Source of the DNA: an uncultured Desulfospira sp.
GTDB taxonomy: Bacteria > Desulfobacterota > Desulfobacteria > Desulfobacterales > Desulfobacteraceae
Reading direction: 5' to 3'
Length of the DNA stretch: 64,000 nucleotides
Assembly: GCA_963663165.1 (NCBI GenBank)
Contig: OY760175.1
Span: 5,184,001 to 5,248,000 of the forward strand
In this document: in pieces, positions 49,165 to 57,888 of the stretch
How positions within the stretch are numbered: the first letter of the stretch is position 1
Layout: each line of letters begins with the position of its first letter
The notes under the pieces: generated by a model
Databases searched by the model: none
The model's input: only the letters and a program-made list of their open reading frames with translations
What the model was told of the DNA's origin: nothing
Position numbers and translations under genes: made by a program

Positions 49165-51069
49165 TTAAACCCTTTCCATCAACCGGTTGATGCTCTGAAT
49201 ATAGTCCATGTTTTTACAGGGCTTGGACACGTGGCCAATGCAGGGGTCTTTTTGGGTAAGATCTTTTATGGATTCCAGAAATTCGATGTTTCCTGAAATA
49301 AAAAGAATGGGAATATTGGGGTCTTTTTTCCGGATATAATGGTAGACATCCATGCCGTTAATCCCGCCGGGCAGGATATAGTCCAGGCTGACAAAATCAT
49401 ATGAGTTTTTGTCAAACAGGTCCATGGCCTTCTGCCCAGTGGCGGCCATGTCCACCCGGTGGTGGCAGGGCGGCCGGGTCAAAATCTGATACTGGATATC
49501 GGATATGGCCGGCTCGTCTTCTACCAGCAGAATATGCCGGTCGGTGAAAAATCCCTGGGTTTCAACCTTTTGGACCTCTGCCGGGGTCAGATCCCGCTCA
49601 ATAACCGGCAGGGCCAGCGTGACCTTTGTCCCTTGTCCGGCTTTGGAAACGATGTTGATCCTGCCCTGATGCTGGTCAATGTATTTTTTCACGTTGGCCA
49701 TTCCGTACCCGGTCCCCTTGATCCCATCCTTATAGGCCTTTGTGCTGTCCCGGCTTCCCTTGAGGGTAAAGGCGGGTTCAAAAATCCGGTCCAGGAACTC
49801 GTCGGGGATACCGCACCCATTATCCTCGACCTCAATCAGGATATCCCCGTTTTCATGATAGGCCCGGATGAGAATGGTGGGGTATTGGGAACGACTGGTG
49901 GCATGGATGGCATTTTGCAGGATGTTTACCAGGGCATGCTCGATCATGCCGGGATCGGCAAACAGGTCCGGTCCGTCCGGGCTTAAATCCCGGATCAGGT
50001 GGATGCCCTCAAGATCCCTTTCCAGCAGTTTCAGGACAAGCTCAATTTTTTCATCAACGGGGAAAAATTCCTGCCGGGGCTCCTGGTCCTTGGCAAAAGC
50101 CACCAGGTTCCGGGTCAGGCTCCGGCCCCTCTGGGTCTGTTCCAATACCAGCTCAAGGGTTTTCTTAAGCCCTGGATCCTGGCAGCTGAGCAGGGACAGC
50201 TCCACATTGCCCATGATGATCCCTAAGATGTTGTTGAAATCATGGGCCATTTTCCCGGCCACCTGGCCCACCAGGGCCAGTTTCCGGGCTTCGGCCACCT
50301 CGGCCAGGGCCTGGATTTTTTCAGCCTGGATTTTTTTCCGGTCACTGATGTCCCGCAGGGCCGTAATCCGTATTTTACGGCCAAAGGCATCAAACATCCG
50401 GCCCTGGATTTCAGCTGGGAAAGTGGTTCCGTCCTTTCGCAGGGCCGTGACCTCGTATGGTTTTTCATAACCGGACAAGATATTGTTCCTTACCGTTTCC
50501 CGGTCTGCCGGCAGGATCCACTCCATCCCGTACCGGCCCACGGCCTCTTCCCGGGTATAGCCGAACATTCTCTGGGCTGTAAGGTTCTGGTCTAAACAAA
50601 TCCCCTGGTCTGAAAGGAAAATGGATTCAAAAGAGGCGTCGGAAAGGGCGGCCAGCCGGTTCTGGCTTTCCTGCAACTGCCGTTGGAACCGGATCCGTTC
50701 GGAAATATCCCGGTTGATACAAAACACCAGTTCCCGCCCGTCCCGAATGGCCTTGTTGGTGCTGACCTCTACATCAAAAACAGACCCGTCTTTTCGCCTG
50801 TGAAGGGTTTCAAACCGGTCTCCGGATTCATCCACGGTTCTGAGCATCTTCAGGATATGCGTCCTGGACCACTTGGCGTCCCAGTCAAAAACCGTCAGGT
50901 TTAAGACCTCTTCAATGGTGTGCCCTATATTCTGGGCAAAGGCGCGGTTGACATTATACACCCGGCCCTGCCGGTCCAGTATCACAATGCCGTCCCGGGA
51001 GCCGTTTAACAAAAGCCGCAACCAGGCGGCTTCCTCCCGAAGGTCTTTTTCAATTTTAGGGATATTCAT
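49165..51069 (-). CDS. Cytoplasmic PAS-PAS hybrid histidine kinase
   Basis: Two PAS domains, MAHDFNNIL, DNGCGI, GTGYG, receiver LVEDE...DYILPG; no TM segment. Confidence 0.9.
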   Translation of the reverse strand: MNIPKIEKDLREEAAWLRLLLNGSRDGIVILDRQGRVYNVNRAFAQNIGHTIEEVLNLTVFDWDAKWSRTHILKMLRTVDESGDRFETLHRRKDGSVFDVEVSTNKAIRDGRELVFCINRDISERIRFQRQLQESQNRLAALSDASFESIFLSDQGICLDQNLTAQRMFGYTREEAVGRYGMEWILPADRETVRNNILSGYEKPYEVTALRKDGTTFPAEIQGRMFDAFGRKIRITALRDISDRKKIQAEKIQALAEVAEARKLALVGQVAGKMAHDFNNILGIIMGNVELSLLSCQDPGLKKTLELVLEQTQRGRSLTRNLVAFAKDQEPRQEFFPVDEKIELVLKLLERDLEGIHLIRDLSPDGPDLFADPGMIEHALVNILQNAIHATSRSQYPTILIRAYHENGDILIEVEDNGCGIPDEFLDRIFEPAFTLKGSRDSTKAYKDGIKGTGYGMANVKKYIDQHQGRINIVSKAGQGTKVTLALPVIERDLTPAEVQKVETQGFFTDRHILLVEDEPAISDIQYQILTRPPCHHRVDMAATGQKAMDLFDKNSYDFVSLDYILPGGINGMDVYHYIRKKDPNIPILFISGNIEFLESIKDLTQKDPCIGHVSKPCKNMDYIQSINRLMERV

Positions 51070-51090
51070 AAGTGTTATGGATTTACAGGG

Positions 51091-51495
51091 CTACTCCCCG
51101 GCATTGGCGTGGGCCTGGGAAAGCCGCTGTTTCAGATACGCGATTTCATCTTCGTCGTATTCATAAAGGTCAAAGCAGTAGCCGTCCTCTCCGAGCAGTC
51201 CTTCAGGGATAAGGTCTCCCATTTCATCAGGGTCTGAAATCATTTCTCCGTAAAAACAGACCGACAGCCACCGTTCACTGGGGTCATCATCAATCACATC
51301 CACCATGGCAAACAGGGACCGGGTTTTCTGATCCGCCCGTTTGGGCCTTAGCGAATAGCTGACCTTGGGCCGGGCATTGAAGTCAAGTTCTGTGTCCGCA
51401 AGGGTCTTGAGGTGTTCAAACAGTTCAACAAACGCTTTTCTGGTCTGAGAATCATTATCCTGCCAGGCATCAATAAATTCTTCGATCTCTTTCAT
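51091..51495 (-). CDS. Hypothetical protein
   Basis: 134-aa acidic ORF downstream of moaB, with AAGGA RBS. Confidence 0.75.
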   Translation of the reverse strand: MKEIEEFIDAWQDNDSQTRKAFVELFEHLKTLADTELDFNARPKVSYSLRPKRADQKTRSLFAMVDVIDDDPSERWLSVCFYGEMISDPDEMGDLIPEGLLGEDGYCFDLYEYDEDEIAYLKQRLSQAHANAGE

Positions 51496-51500
51496 TGGCT

Positions 51501-52001
51501 TTATTCCTTTATGTGTTTAACAAGGTGTCCGAGTTCCGGGAAGATCAGCTGGCCGCAAGCCAGTTTACAGGCTTTAAGGCTCCCGGGGATAGAAAAAACA
51601 ATGGTGCTATCAATAACTCCTGCCGTTGCCCTTGACATGATGGCGGCAGAGTCTATTTCCTGAAAACTGAGCTGGGCAAATACCGGGCCAAAGGAAGTCA
51701 GCTCTTTATCAAACATGGGGCGGACCGCCTCAATGCTCACGTCCCTTGGGCTGATGCCTGTCCCGCCGGTGAGGATAACGGCATGGGGGTTGATCCGGGT
51801 CACCACATGCTGGACAAGCTCCTGGATGGCGGCAATGTCATCGGTGACGGTCTGGTGAATGACCACCTCGTGTCCTTCTTTTTTGGCCTCTTTTTTGATC
51901 CATGCCCCGCTTTTGTCTTCGGAAAGCTTGGTCCGGGTGGTGGAGGCGGATATAACGGCAATTTTTAAGTTTTTAGGGGTGTCTTTCTTGTGGATCAGCA
52001 T
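51501..52001 (-). CDS. moaB: Molybdenum cofactor biosynthesis protein MoaB/MogA
   Basis: DKSG, TGGTGISPRDV, SRATAG, SIPGS. Confidence 0.9.
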   Translation of the reverse strand: MLIHKKDTPKNLKIAVISASTTRTKLSEDKSGAWIKKEAKKEGHEVVIHQTVTDDIAAIQELVQHVVTRINPHAVILTGGTGISPRDVSIEAVRPMFDKELTSFGPVFAQLSFQEIDSAAIMSRATAGVIDSTIVFSIPGSLKACKLACGQLIFPELGHLVKHIKE

Positions 52002-52006
52002 TTGGG

Positions 52007-52552
52007 TTATTCCCTTTCCCGGGTTTCTTTGAAGACCATATCCTTTTGGTCGTGTTCCTGGACAAAAACCTGAATCATGTCTTCGGGATCGGTATCAATG
52101 AAGATGCCTTTGTAATCCGCCTGGATGGGGACTTCCCGGTGTCCCCGGTCCACCAGAACGGCCAGTTCGATTCTGGCCGGCCGCCCAAAATCCATGAGGG
52201 CTTCCATGGCGGCCCGGATGGTTCTTCCCGTGAACAGGACATCGTCCACCAGGATGATCTGCCGGTCATCCACTGAAAAGGGAATGTCCGAAGGCCGGAC
52301 AATGGGCTGATGGCTGATTTTTGTCCAGTCATCCCGGTACATGTTGATGTCCATGGACCCCACCGGAATACGGGTGCCTTCTATTTCCTGAATCTGGTCG
52401 GCCAGCCGCTTGGCAAGAGAATCTCCCCGGGTCAGAATGCCGACCAGTGCCAGTTGCTGAGTCCCCCTGTGGGTTTCAATGATTTCATAGGCAATCCGGG
52501 TGATGGTCCGCTTGAAATCCTGATCTGTCAGAATGGTTTTGGACTGTTTCAT
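52007..52552 (-). CDS. pyrR: Bifunctional pyr operon regulator / uracil phosphoribosyltransferase
   Basis: RIAYEIIE, GILTRG, YRDD, LVDDVLFTGRTIRAA, DRGHRE.PI. Confidence 0.95.
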   Translation of the reverse strand: MKQSKTILTDQDFKRTITRIAYEIIETHRGTQQLALVGILTRGDSLAKRLADQIQEIEGTRIPVGSMDINMYRDDWTKISHQPIVRPSDIPFSVDDRQIILVDDVLFTGRTIRAAMEALMDFGRPARIELAVLVDRGHREVPIQADYKGIFIDTDPEDMIQVFVQEHDQKDMVFKETRERE

Positions 52553-52694
52553 AAAATGCCTTTTCAGCTGCGGTCAAAATTGTCCCCTGTCATTTAAGGC
52601 CCGCCGGTATGGCGACACCGGCTTAAAACCCTCGGGCGGTTAACCGTTCCATAACATTTTTTTTTTTGCCGGGCAAGAAACAAGAAAGGGAGAC

Positions 52695-52998
52695 CAGGGC
52701 AATCGCATGTAACTTTCCCCACTGTTTAAGCTTACCGAATGCAATTTCAGTGCGCAGCACTGAAACTCTGTGTTTCTCTGTGCCCCTCTGTGGTTAAATA
52801 TAAAGAGTGGGCAAAGCGCACAATTTATAAAAACCGGGAGGTTAACGAAGAACAATTCAATCCCTTCGGGATTTCATGTTTTTAAACCACAGAGGGCACC
52901 GAGGTTTGGCTTTGGCCAAACACCACAGAGGGCCGGCCCTTGAATGCCTATGTAAATAAAAATCATTAAGGATAATTTTTTTACATGCGATTGCCCTG
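52695..52998. mobile_element. 304-bp MITE, ISAs1-family-like ends
   Basis: Perfect 18-bp TIRs CAGGGCAATCGCATGTAA (52695-52712) and TTACATGCGATTGCCCTG (52981-52998), flanked by 10-bp direct repeats AAAGGGAGAC (52685-52694, 52999-53008). No transposase. Confidence 0.88.
52766..52933. repeat. CTCTGTG/CACAGAG inverted repeats inside the MITE
   Basis: ctctgtgtttctctgtgcccctctgtggttaa ... ttaaaccacagagggcaccgagg..caccacagaggg. Confidence 0.7.
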
Positions 52999-53001
52999 AA
53001 A

Positions 53002-53101
53002 GGGAGACCGGTAACTGGAAAAAGGAGACCGAAAACCGGAGACCGGAGACCGGAATGCAAAACCCCTGAGGATGGGCGATCCGGTCTCCGGTCTCCGGTT
53101 T
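53002..53101. repeat. 7-bp-periodic hairpin repeat, GGAGACC family
   Basis: ggagacc...gaaaacc ggagacc ggagacc gg ... ccggtct ccggtct ccggtttt. Confidence 0.78.
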
Positions 53102-53229
53102 TTACATTAAATTTACCCGTAAGGAACATCCATCCGAATGGCCCTGTCATAGTTTGGGCTTGGTATTGATTTTAGGGCGATGTTCCTATACATCTTCTGG
53201 CATAAAAATTAAATTTAAAGGGTGGGGCG

Positions 53230-53835
53230 ATGCTGTCTGACTGTACGGGAGTGATCCTGGTGGGCGGGGAAAACAAACGGCTTCCCGGGAAAAAAAAAGG
53301 GTTTCATACATTAGGAGGGATTACCATGATCGAGGGTATCCTTTCGGTTTTTTCAGATCTGTTCGAGGAAATTATCCTGGTGGCCAGGGACCCAAAAGAT
53401 TTTACCGGCCTTGACGTGATGGTGGTGACCGATATTATACCGGCCCAGTGTTCTCTGGCAGGGCTTCATGCCGGCCTGTTTTACGCCTCAAACCCCTGGG
53501 CCTATGTCACGGCCTGGGATTTTCCTTTTCCTAACCGGGCCGTTATTGAACATTTAATGAAGCAGACAAAAAGCGGGGCCCAGGTGATTGTCCCAAGGAC
53601 CTATGACGGGCTTGAGCCTTTAAGCGCAATGTATGCCAGGACCTGTATCCCTTTAATTGAAGCGGCCCTTGAAAAAAAGATCTATAAAATTAAAGGATTT
53701 TATAATAAGAAAAGGGTTCGGGAAATTGGCCCTGAACAATTGGAAAAACTGGATCCGGAGTTTAAGTTTAAGTTTAATGTGAATACCCCTGAAGATCTGG
53801 CCAGGGCAAAAGAAATGGCTGAGGGCGGCATCTAA
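53230..53835 (+). CDS. mobA: Molybdenum cofactor guanylyltransferase
   Basis: GVILVGG..KRL, SLAGLHAGL, EPL.A.Y, FNVNTPEDL. Confidence 0.9.
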   Translation: MLSDCTGVILVGGENKRLPGKKKGFHTLGGITMIEGILSVFSDLFEEIILVARDPKDFTGLDVMVVTDIIPAQCSLAGLHAGLFYASNPWAYVTAWDFPFPNRAVIEHLMKQTKSGAQVIVPRTYDGLEPLSAMYARTCIPLIEAALEKKIYKIKGFYNKKRVREIGPEQLEKLDPEFKFKFNVNTPEDLARAKEMAEGGI

Positions 53836-53884
53836 TGTTTGGCCCTAAGGATTTGGGGGAAAGTAAATTTGGGGGGAGAAGCGA

Positions 53885-54244
53885 ATGGATATTGCAGCAA
53901 TGATGGCCAAGGTCAAGGCCCATCCTGATTTTTCAAAAGCCGGCATGATCCTGTGCCATAACGGTGTGGTCAGGGAAAACACCCGGGAAGGCGAACCGGT
54001 TACGGAACTGTCAATCCAGGTGGACCATGACCTGCTTTCAAAGATTATTGACCAGCAAAAGGCAAAGCCCGGCATCATTGAGGTGTTAGTTCACATTGAA
54101 GAGGGCAAACCCCTTAAGGTGGGCGATGACATCATGGCACTGGTGGTGGCCGGGGATATCCGGGAAAATGTGATTGAAACCCTGACGGACACGTTGAATC
54201 AGATTAAGAGCAGGGCCACCAGGAAAACCCAAGTATATAAATAA
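53885..54244 (+). CDS. moaE: MoaE-like molybdopterin synthase subunit (short form)
   Basis: GMILCHNGVVR, G.LKVGDDIM.LVVAGDIR; lies between mobA and moaC. Confidence 0.75.
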   Translation: MDIAAMMAKVKAHPDFSKAGMILCHNGVVRENTREGEPVTELSIQVDHDLLSKIIDQQKAKPGIIEVLVHIEEGKPLKVGDDIMALVVAGDIRENVIETLTDTLNQIKSRATRKTQVYK

Positions 54245-54246
54245 CA

Positions 54247-54318
54247 GGACTTGAGACATGGGACTTGAGAAAGCAGGCATAATGCCATCTAAAGTCTATA
54301 GTCCCGCGTCTAAAGTCT
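54247..54318. repeat. 7-bp-periodic hairpin repeat, GGACTTG family
   Basis: ggacttg agacatg ggacttg aga ... tct aaagtct atagtcc cgcgtct aaagtct. Confidence 0.7.
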
Positions 54319-54339
54319 ATCACGTAAAGGTTGGATAAA

Positions 54340-54837
54340 ATGAATGACTTTACACACCTGGATGCCGACGGCAGGGTCAGGATGGTGGATGTGGGGGATA
54401 AAGATGAGACCCGGCGGACGGCGGTGGCCGGGGCCAGTGTGATCATGTCTCCTGAAACCCTTGCCCGGATCATGGATGAAAAGGTTAAAAAAGGAAATGT
54501 CCTGGAAACGGCCCGGATCGCCGGGGTCATGGCGGCCAAGAAAACAGCGGACCTGATTCCCATGTGCCATCCTTTGAACATTACCTATGCCCGGGTGGAT
54601 TTTACCCCGGACCCGGATGCGCATACCATTCACATTGAGGCCGAGGTCTCTTTAACCGGGAGAACCGGGGTGGAGATGGAGGCCCTGACCGCTGCGTCCG
54701 TGGCCGGCCTGACCATTTACGACATGTGCAAGTCCTATGACAGGGCCATGTCCATTTCCCGGATCTATCTGAAATCCAAGGCAGGGGGAAAAAGCGGGAC
54801 CTTTATTGCCCCGGACCAGGAAAATGGCCTTCCCTGA
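54340..54837 (+). CDS. moaC: Cyclic pyranopterin monophosphate synthase
   Basis: FTHLD..G..RMVDV, LIPMCHPL, TGVEMEAL, IYDMCK, K.GGKSG. Confidence 0.97.
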   Translation: MNDFTHLDADGRVRMVDVGDKDETRRTAVAGASVIMSPETLARIMDEKVKKGNVLETARIAGVMAAKKTADLIPMCHPLNITYARVDFTPDPDAHTIHIEAEVSLTGRTGVEMEALTAASVAGLTIYDMCKSYDRAMSISRIYLKSKAGGKSGTFIAPDQENGLP

Positions 54838-54838
54838 T

Positions 54839-56023
54839 ATGGGAGCCATTACCCCCGAACATCTGGCCTGGCTGGGAATCGGGTTCGGCTTGGGCGTTTT
54901 GGTCAGTCTGGTCCTGGTCAGGGCCGGACTGTTCTTTTTTTCAAGGCAGTACAAAAAGGTGGCGGACCAGGCCCTGTATAAAAATTCCAGCCGGTTCATG
55001 GCGCTTGCCGATCAATATTTTTCATCCTATGTCCGGGAGGCCGGCAAGGACCTGAACATTCACCGGGATGAAATACGGCACACCATTGATCCCATTAAAC
55101 AGACCTTAACCCGGTATGAGGCCCGCCTCAACGACATGGAACGGCAGCGGGAAACCGCCTATGGCGCCATCAGCGAGAAACTTCTGGAAGTCGGCCGGAC
55201 TCAGCACCTGCTCTACATGGAAACGGGAAACCTGGTCAAGGCCCTGCGACAGCCCCATGTGCGGGGGCGGTGGGGGGAAATGACCCTGAGACGGGTGGCG
55301 GAACTGTCCGGCATGGCCGCCCACTGCGACTTTGAAGAGCAGGTTACGGGCGCGGGGGACAAGGGCCTTGTCCGGCCGGATATGGTGGTCACCCTCCCGT
55401 CGAACCGGAAGGTCATCGTGGATGCCAAGGTGCCGCTCATGGCCTTTCTGGACGCCCTGGAAGCGGATAACGAAACCGAACGGGCGGCCAGGATGGTCGA
55501 TCACGCAAGACAGGTCATGGCCCATGTCACCACCCTGGGCTCTAAACGGTACCAGGCCCATTTTTCCCCGACTCCGGAATTTGTTGTCCTGTTTATCCCC
55601 GGAGAAAATTTTTTTTCAGCGGCCCTGGAACAGCAGCCCGACCTGATTGAACGGGCCGTTGAAAAGGGGGTGATTCCGGCAACGCCCACCACCTTGATTG
55701 CGTTGTTAAAGGCGGTCTCTTATTCATGGCTTCAGAAAAAAACCTATGAAAATGCCGAGGAAATCAGGGAAATGGGGATTGAGTTGTATGCCCGGCTGGC
55801 CGGTATGGCCGATCATATGAACCAGCTGGGAAAAGATATCGAGAAGTGTGCGGCAAGTTTTAACCGGACCGTGGGGACCATGGAAAGACGGGTGATGCCG
55901 TCGGCCAGAAAGCTGGAAGCCCTGGGGCCCGGGGCCGGCAAGTCCATGGGGCTTGCCTTTCTGGACGAGTCCAGGACATCGGCCCGGCAGGTGAGGTCAG
56001 ATCAAACTGAAGGAGTAAGATGA
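54839..56023 (+). CDS. rmuC: DNA recombination protein RmuC
   Basis: N-terminal TM, RGRWGE, RPD, IVDAKVP, PEFVVLFIPGE, TPTTL. Start uncertain. Confidence 0.92.
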   Translation: MGAITPEHLAWLGIGFGLGVLVSLVLVRAGLFFFSRQYKKVADQALYKNSSRFMALADQYFSSYVREAGKDLNIHRDEIRHTIDPIKQTLTRYEARLNDMERQRETAYGAISEKLLEVGRTQHLLYMETGNLVKALRQPHVRGRWGEMTLRRVAELSGMAAHCDFEEQVTGAGDKGLVRPDMVVTLPSNRKVIVDAKVPLMAFLDALEADNETERAARMVDHARQVMAHVTTLGSKRYQAHFSPTPEFVVLFIPGENFFSAALEQQPDLIERAVEKGVIPATPTTLIALLKAVSYSWLQKKTYENAEEIREMGIELYARLAGMADHMNQLGKDIEKCAASFNRTVGTMERRVMPSARKLEALGPGAGKSMGLAFLDESRTSARQVRSDQTEGVR

Positions 56024-57327
56024 GAAGCATGCGGTTACATGGTGGTCCAATATATTCAAAATTAGAAGGGCGGTTTTTCCGGGGGCCCCGGTCTGAGAAG
56101 GTCAATGCTTTAATCGGCTGTTTTCTGGTCTTGCTGGCCGTTTGCTGCGGCCTTTCAGGCTGCAAACCCGATGAACCGGCCAAAGAAAAAACAAAAAAAA
56201 TTCCGGACGCCCCGGCACTCCCGTTAAAAAAGCTGTTTTGGGGGGAATATCCTGAGTTTGACGACTGCCTTGACCTCAAAGGGCTTAACGCATCCATTGA
56301 CAGCAGCCTGACGTATTTTTCACGGGTTCCCGGGGACCGGACATACCCGTTTGGCAAGGAAACCGTCACGGCCCGGCATATGGTCCGGTCGCTTAAAGCA
56401 TTTCAGGCTTTTATTGCCCGTTCCCCGCTGCCCGAACAGGTCAACGCCTTTATCGAAGAAAAGTTCCAGGTTTATGAAAGTGTGGGAAACCCGGGAGGCA
56501 AGGTCTTGTTTACCGGTTATTTTGAACCCACCTATGAGGGGTGTCTTAACCCTGATGAAACCTGCCCATACCCCTTGTTTTCCCTGCCTTCGGATCTGCT
56601 GAAAATCGACCTGTCTTTGTTTTCCGATGAATATAACGGCCACAAAACCCTTACGGGCAGAGTGGACGGGGGAAGGGTGGTCCCCTATTATTCCCGGGAG
56701 CAGATCAACCTGCAGCAGGGATTCGAGACCAAGGCCAAACCCGTGGTCTGGCTGGAAAACCGGGTGGACCGGTTTTTTCTTGAAGTTCAGGGATCAGGCC
56801 GGATCCTTTTGCCCAACGGTAAAATCATCCGGGTCCATTACGCCGGGTCAAACGGCAACCCTTACCGGTCCGTAGGGCGGTACCTGATCGACAAGGGCGA
56901 GGTCCCCAAAGAGGCAATGTCCATGGATGCCATCCGGAACTTTCTGGAAAAAAATCCCGGCCGGATGGATGAAGTCCTTAACCACAACCCGAGTTTTGTG
57001 TTTTTTCAAAAAGAAGAGGGCGGGCCTTACGGCAGCCTTGGGGTTGCCCTGACCCCCTTTCGTTCCATTGCCACGGACCAGCGGGTTTTCCCCAAAGGTG
57101 CCCTGTGCTTTGTCATGGCCTCCCTGCCGGAAAAAGGCGTGTACGGGCCAAGGGATCAGTGGAAGAGCGCTTCGTTTTTTGCCATGAACCAGGACACCGG
57201 CGGGGCCATTAAAGGACCGGGCCGGGCAGACCTGTTCTGCGGCAACGGCCGGTACGCCGAATTTACCGCCGGGAACATGAACAACGTAGGCCGCCTGTTT
57301 TTCCTGGTTTTAAAATCAAACCCGTGA
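56020..57327 (+). CDS. mltA: Membrane-bound lytic murein transglycosylase A
   Basis: Lipobox LSGC, TGYFEP, EVQGSG, NPSFVFF, QDTGGAIKG..RADLF.G. Confidence 0.92.
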   Translation: MRSMRLHGGPIYSKLEGRFFRGPRSEKVNALIGCFLVLLAVCCGLSGCKPDEPAKEKTKKIPDAPALPLKKLFWGEYPEFDDCLDLKGLNASIDSSLTYFSRVPGDRTYPFGKETVTARHMVRSLKAFQAFIARSPLPEQVNAFIEEKFQVYESVGNPGGKVLFTGYFEPTYEGCLNPDETCPYPLFSLPSDLLKIDLSLFSDEYNGHKTLTGRVDGGRVVPYYSREQINLQQGFETKAKPVVWLENRVDRFFLEVQGSGRILLPNGKIIRVHYAGSNGNPYRSVGRYLIDKGEVPKEAMSMDAIRNFLEKNPGRMDEVLNHNPSFVFFQKEEGGPYGSLGVALTPFRSIATDQRVFPKGALCFVMASLPEKGVYGPRDQWKSASFFAMNQDTGGAIKGPGRADLFCGNGRYAEFTAGNMNNVGRLFFLVLKSNP

Positions 57328-57466
57328 ACATGACCAATTGGTCATCCCGGTGTCATGTTCACGTCATTTTGGGCTGATAAAACCATGCCCATGCTGTCGG
57401 GCAACCTATAAAACACTTGCACCCACATTGCCCAACATAAATTTTCTTCTCTCCTTCCTTACCACT

Positions 57467-57498
57467 CCGGGCCGTCACGAAGGCGGCCCGGCTTTTCT
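57467..57498 (+). terminator. Intrinsic terminator
   Basis: CCGGGCCG...CGGCCCGG followed by CTTTTCT. Confidence 0.65.
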
Positions 57499-57507
57499 AT
57501 TTTGCTC

Positions 57508-57756
57508 TTACCGATCCTTCAGAAAAAGTTCATGATACTCATCCTCGGACAAATATTTTTTTAACAAATTGTTAACAAACCCGTATATATTTTCCAGCTC
57601 CTGATCTGGAAGCCTTGGCAGGAAAGCGGCCATAAATTTGTCCTCTGAAAATTTTTGAAGGTAAAACATAATGGTCTGTTCGTCTGTGCTGCGGCCCATG
57701 CCAAAAGCCCCGATGCCGTTATATTCCTGGATAAAATGATGGGTATGTTTTTTCAT
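57508..57756 (-). CDS. Small hypothetical cytoplasmic protein
   Basis: 82-aa ORF with AAGGA RBS; ends LSEDEYHELFLK. Confidence 0.75.
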   Translation of the reverse strand: MKKHTHHFIQEYNGIGAFGMGRSTDEQTIMFYLQKFSEDKFMAAFLPRLPDQELENIYGFVNNLLKKYLSEDEYHELFLKDR

Positions 57757-57790
57757 GGTTGATTCCTTTCCGGTTTATCTTGTGCCTTGA

Positions 57791-57832
57791 TCTTAACATC
57801 CATGTAATGTAATTTTAACAGAATCCTAACGT
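57791..57832 (+). promoter_or_regulatory. Pho box array upstream of phoU-phoB-phoR
   Basis: Four hexamers at exact 11-bp periodicity: TTAACA 57793, GTAATG 57804, TTAACA 57815, CTAACG 57826. Confidence 0.75.
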
Positions 57833-57888
57833 AAAAATGTTAAAAAACCCCCGATGATTACCAAGTTATATTAAAACCAGGAGAATTC

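Noticed and set aside
52553..52650. PyrR-binding attenuator upstream of pyrR
   Set aside because: No ARUCCNGNGAGGY loop seen, and no pyr biosynthetic genes follow.
42470..54318. Repeat clusters considered as CRISPR arrays
   Set aside because: Units are 7 bp, degenerate and inverted, with no unique spacers and no cas genes.
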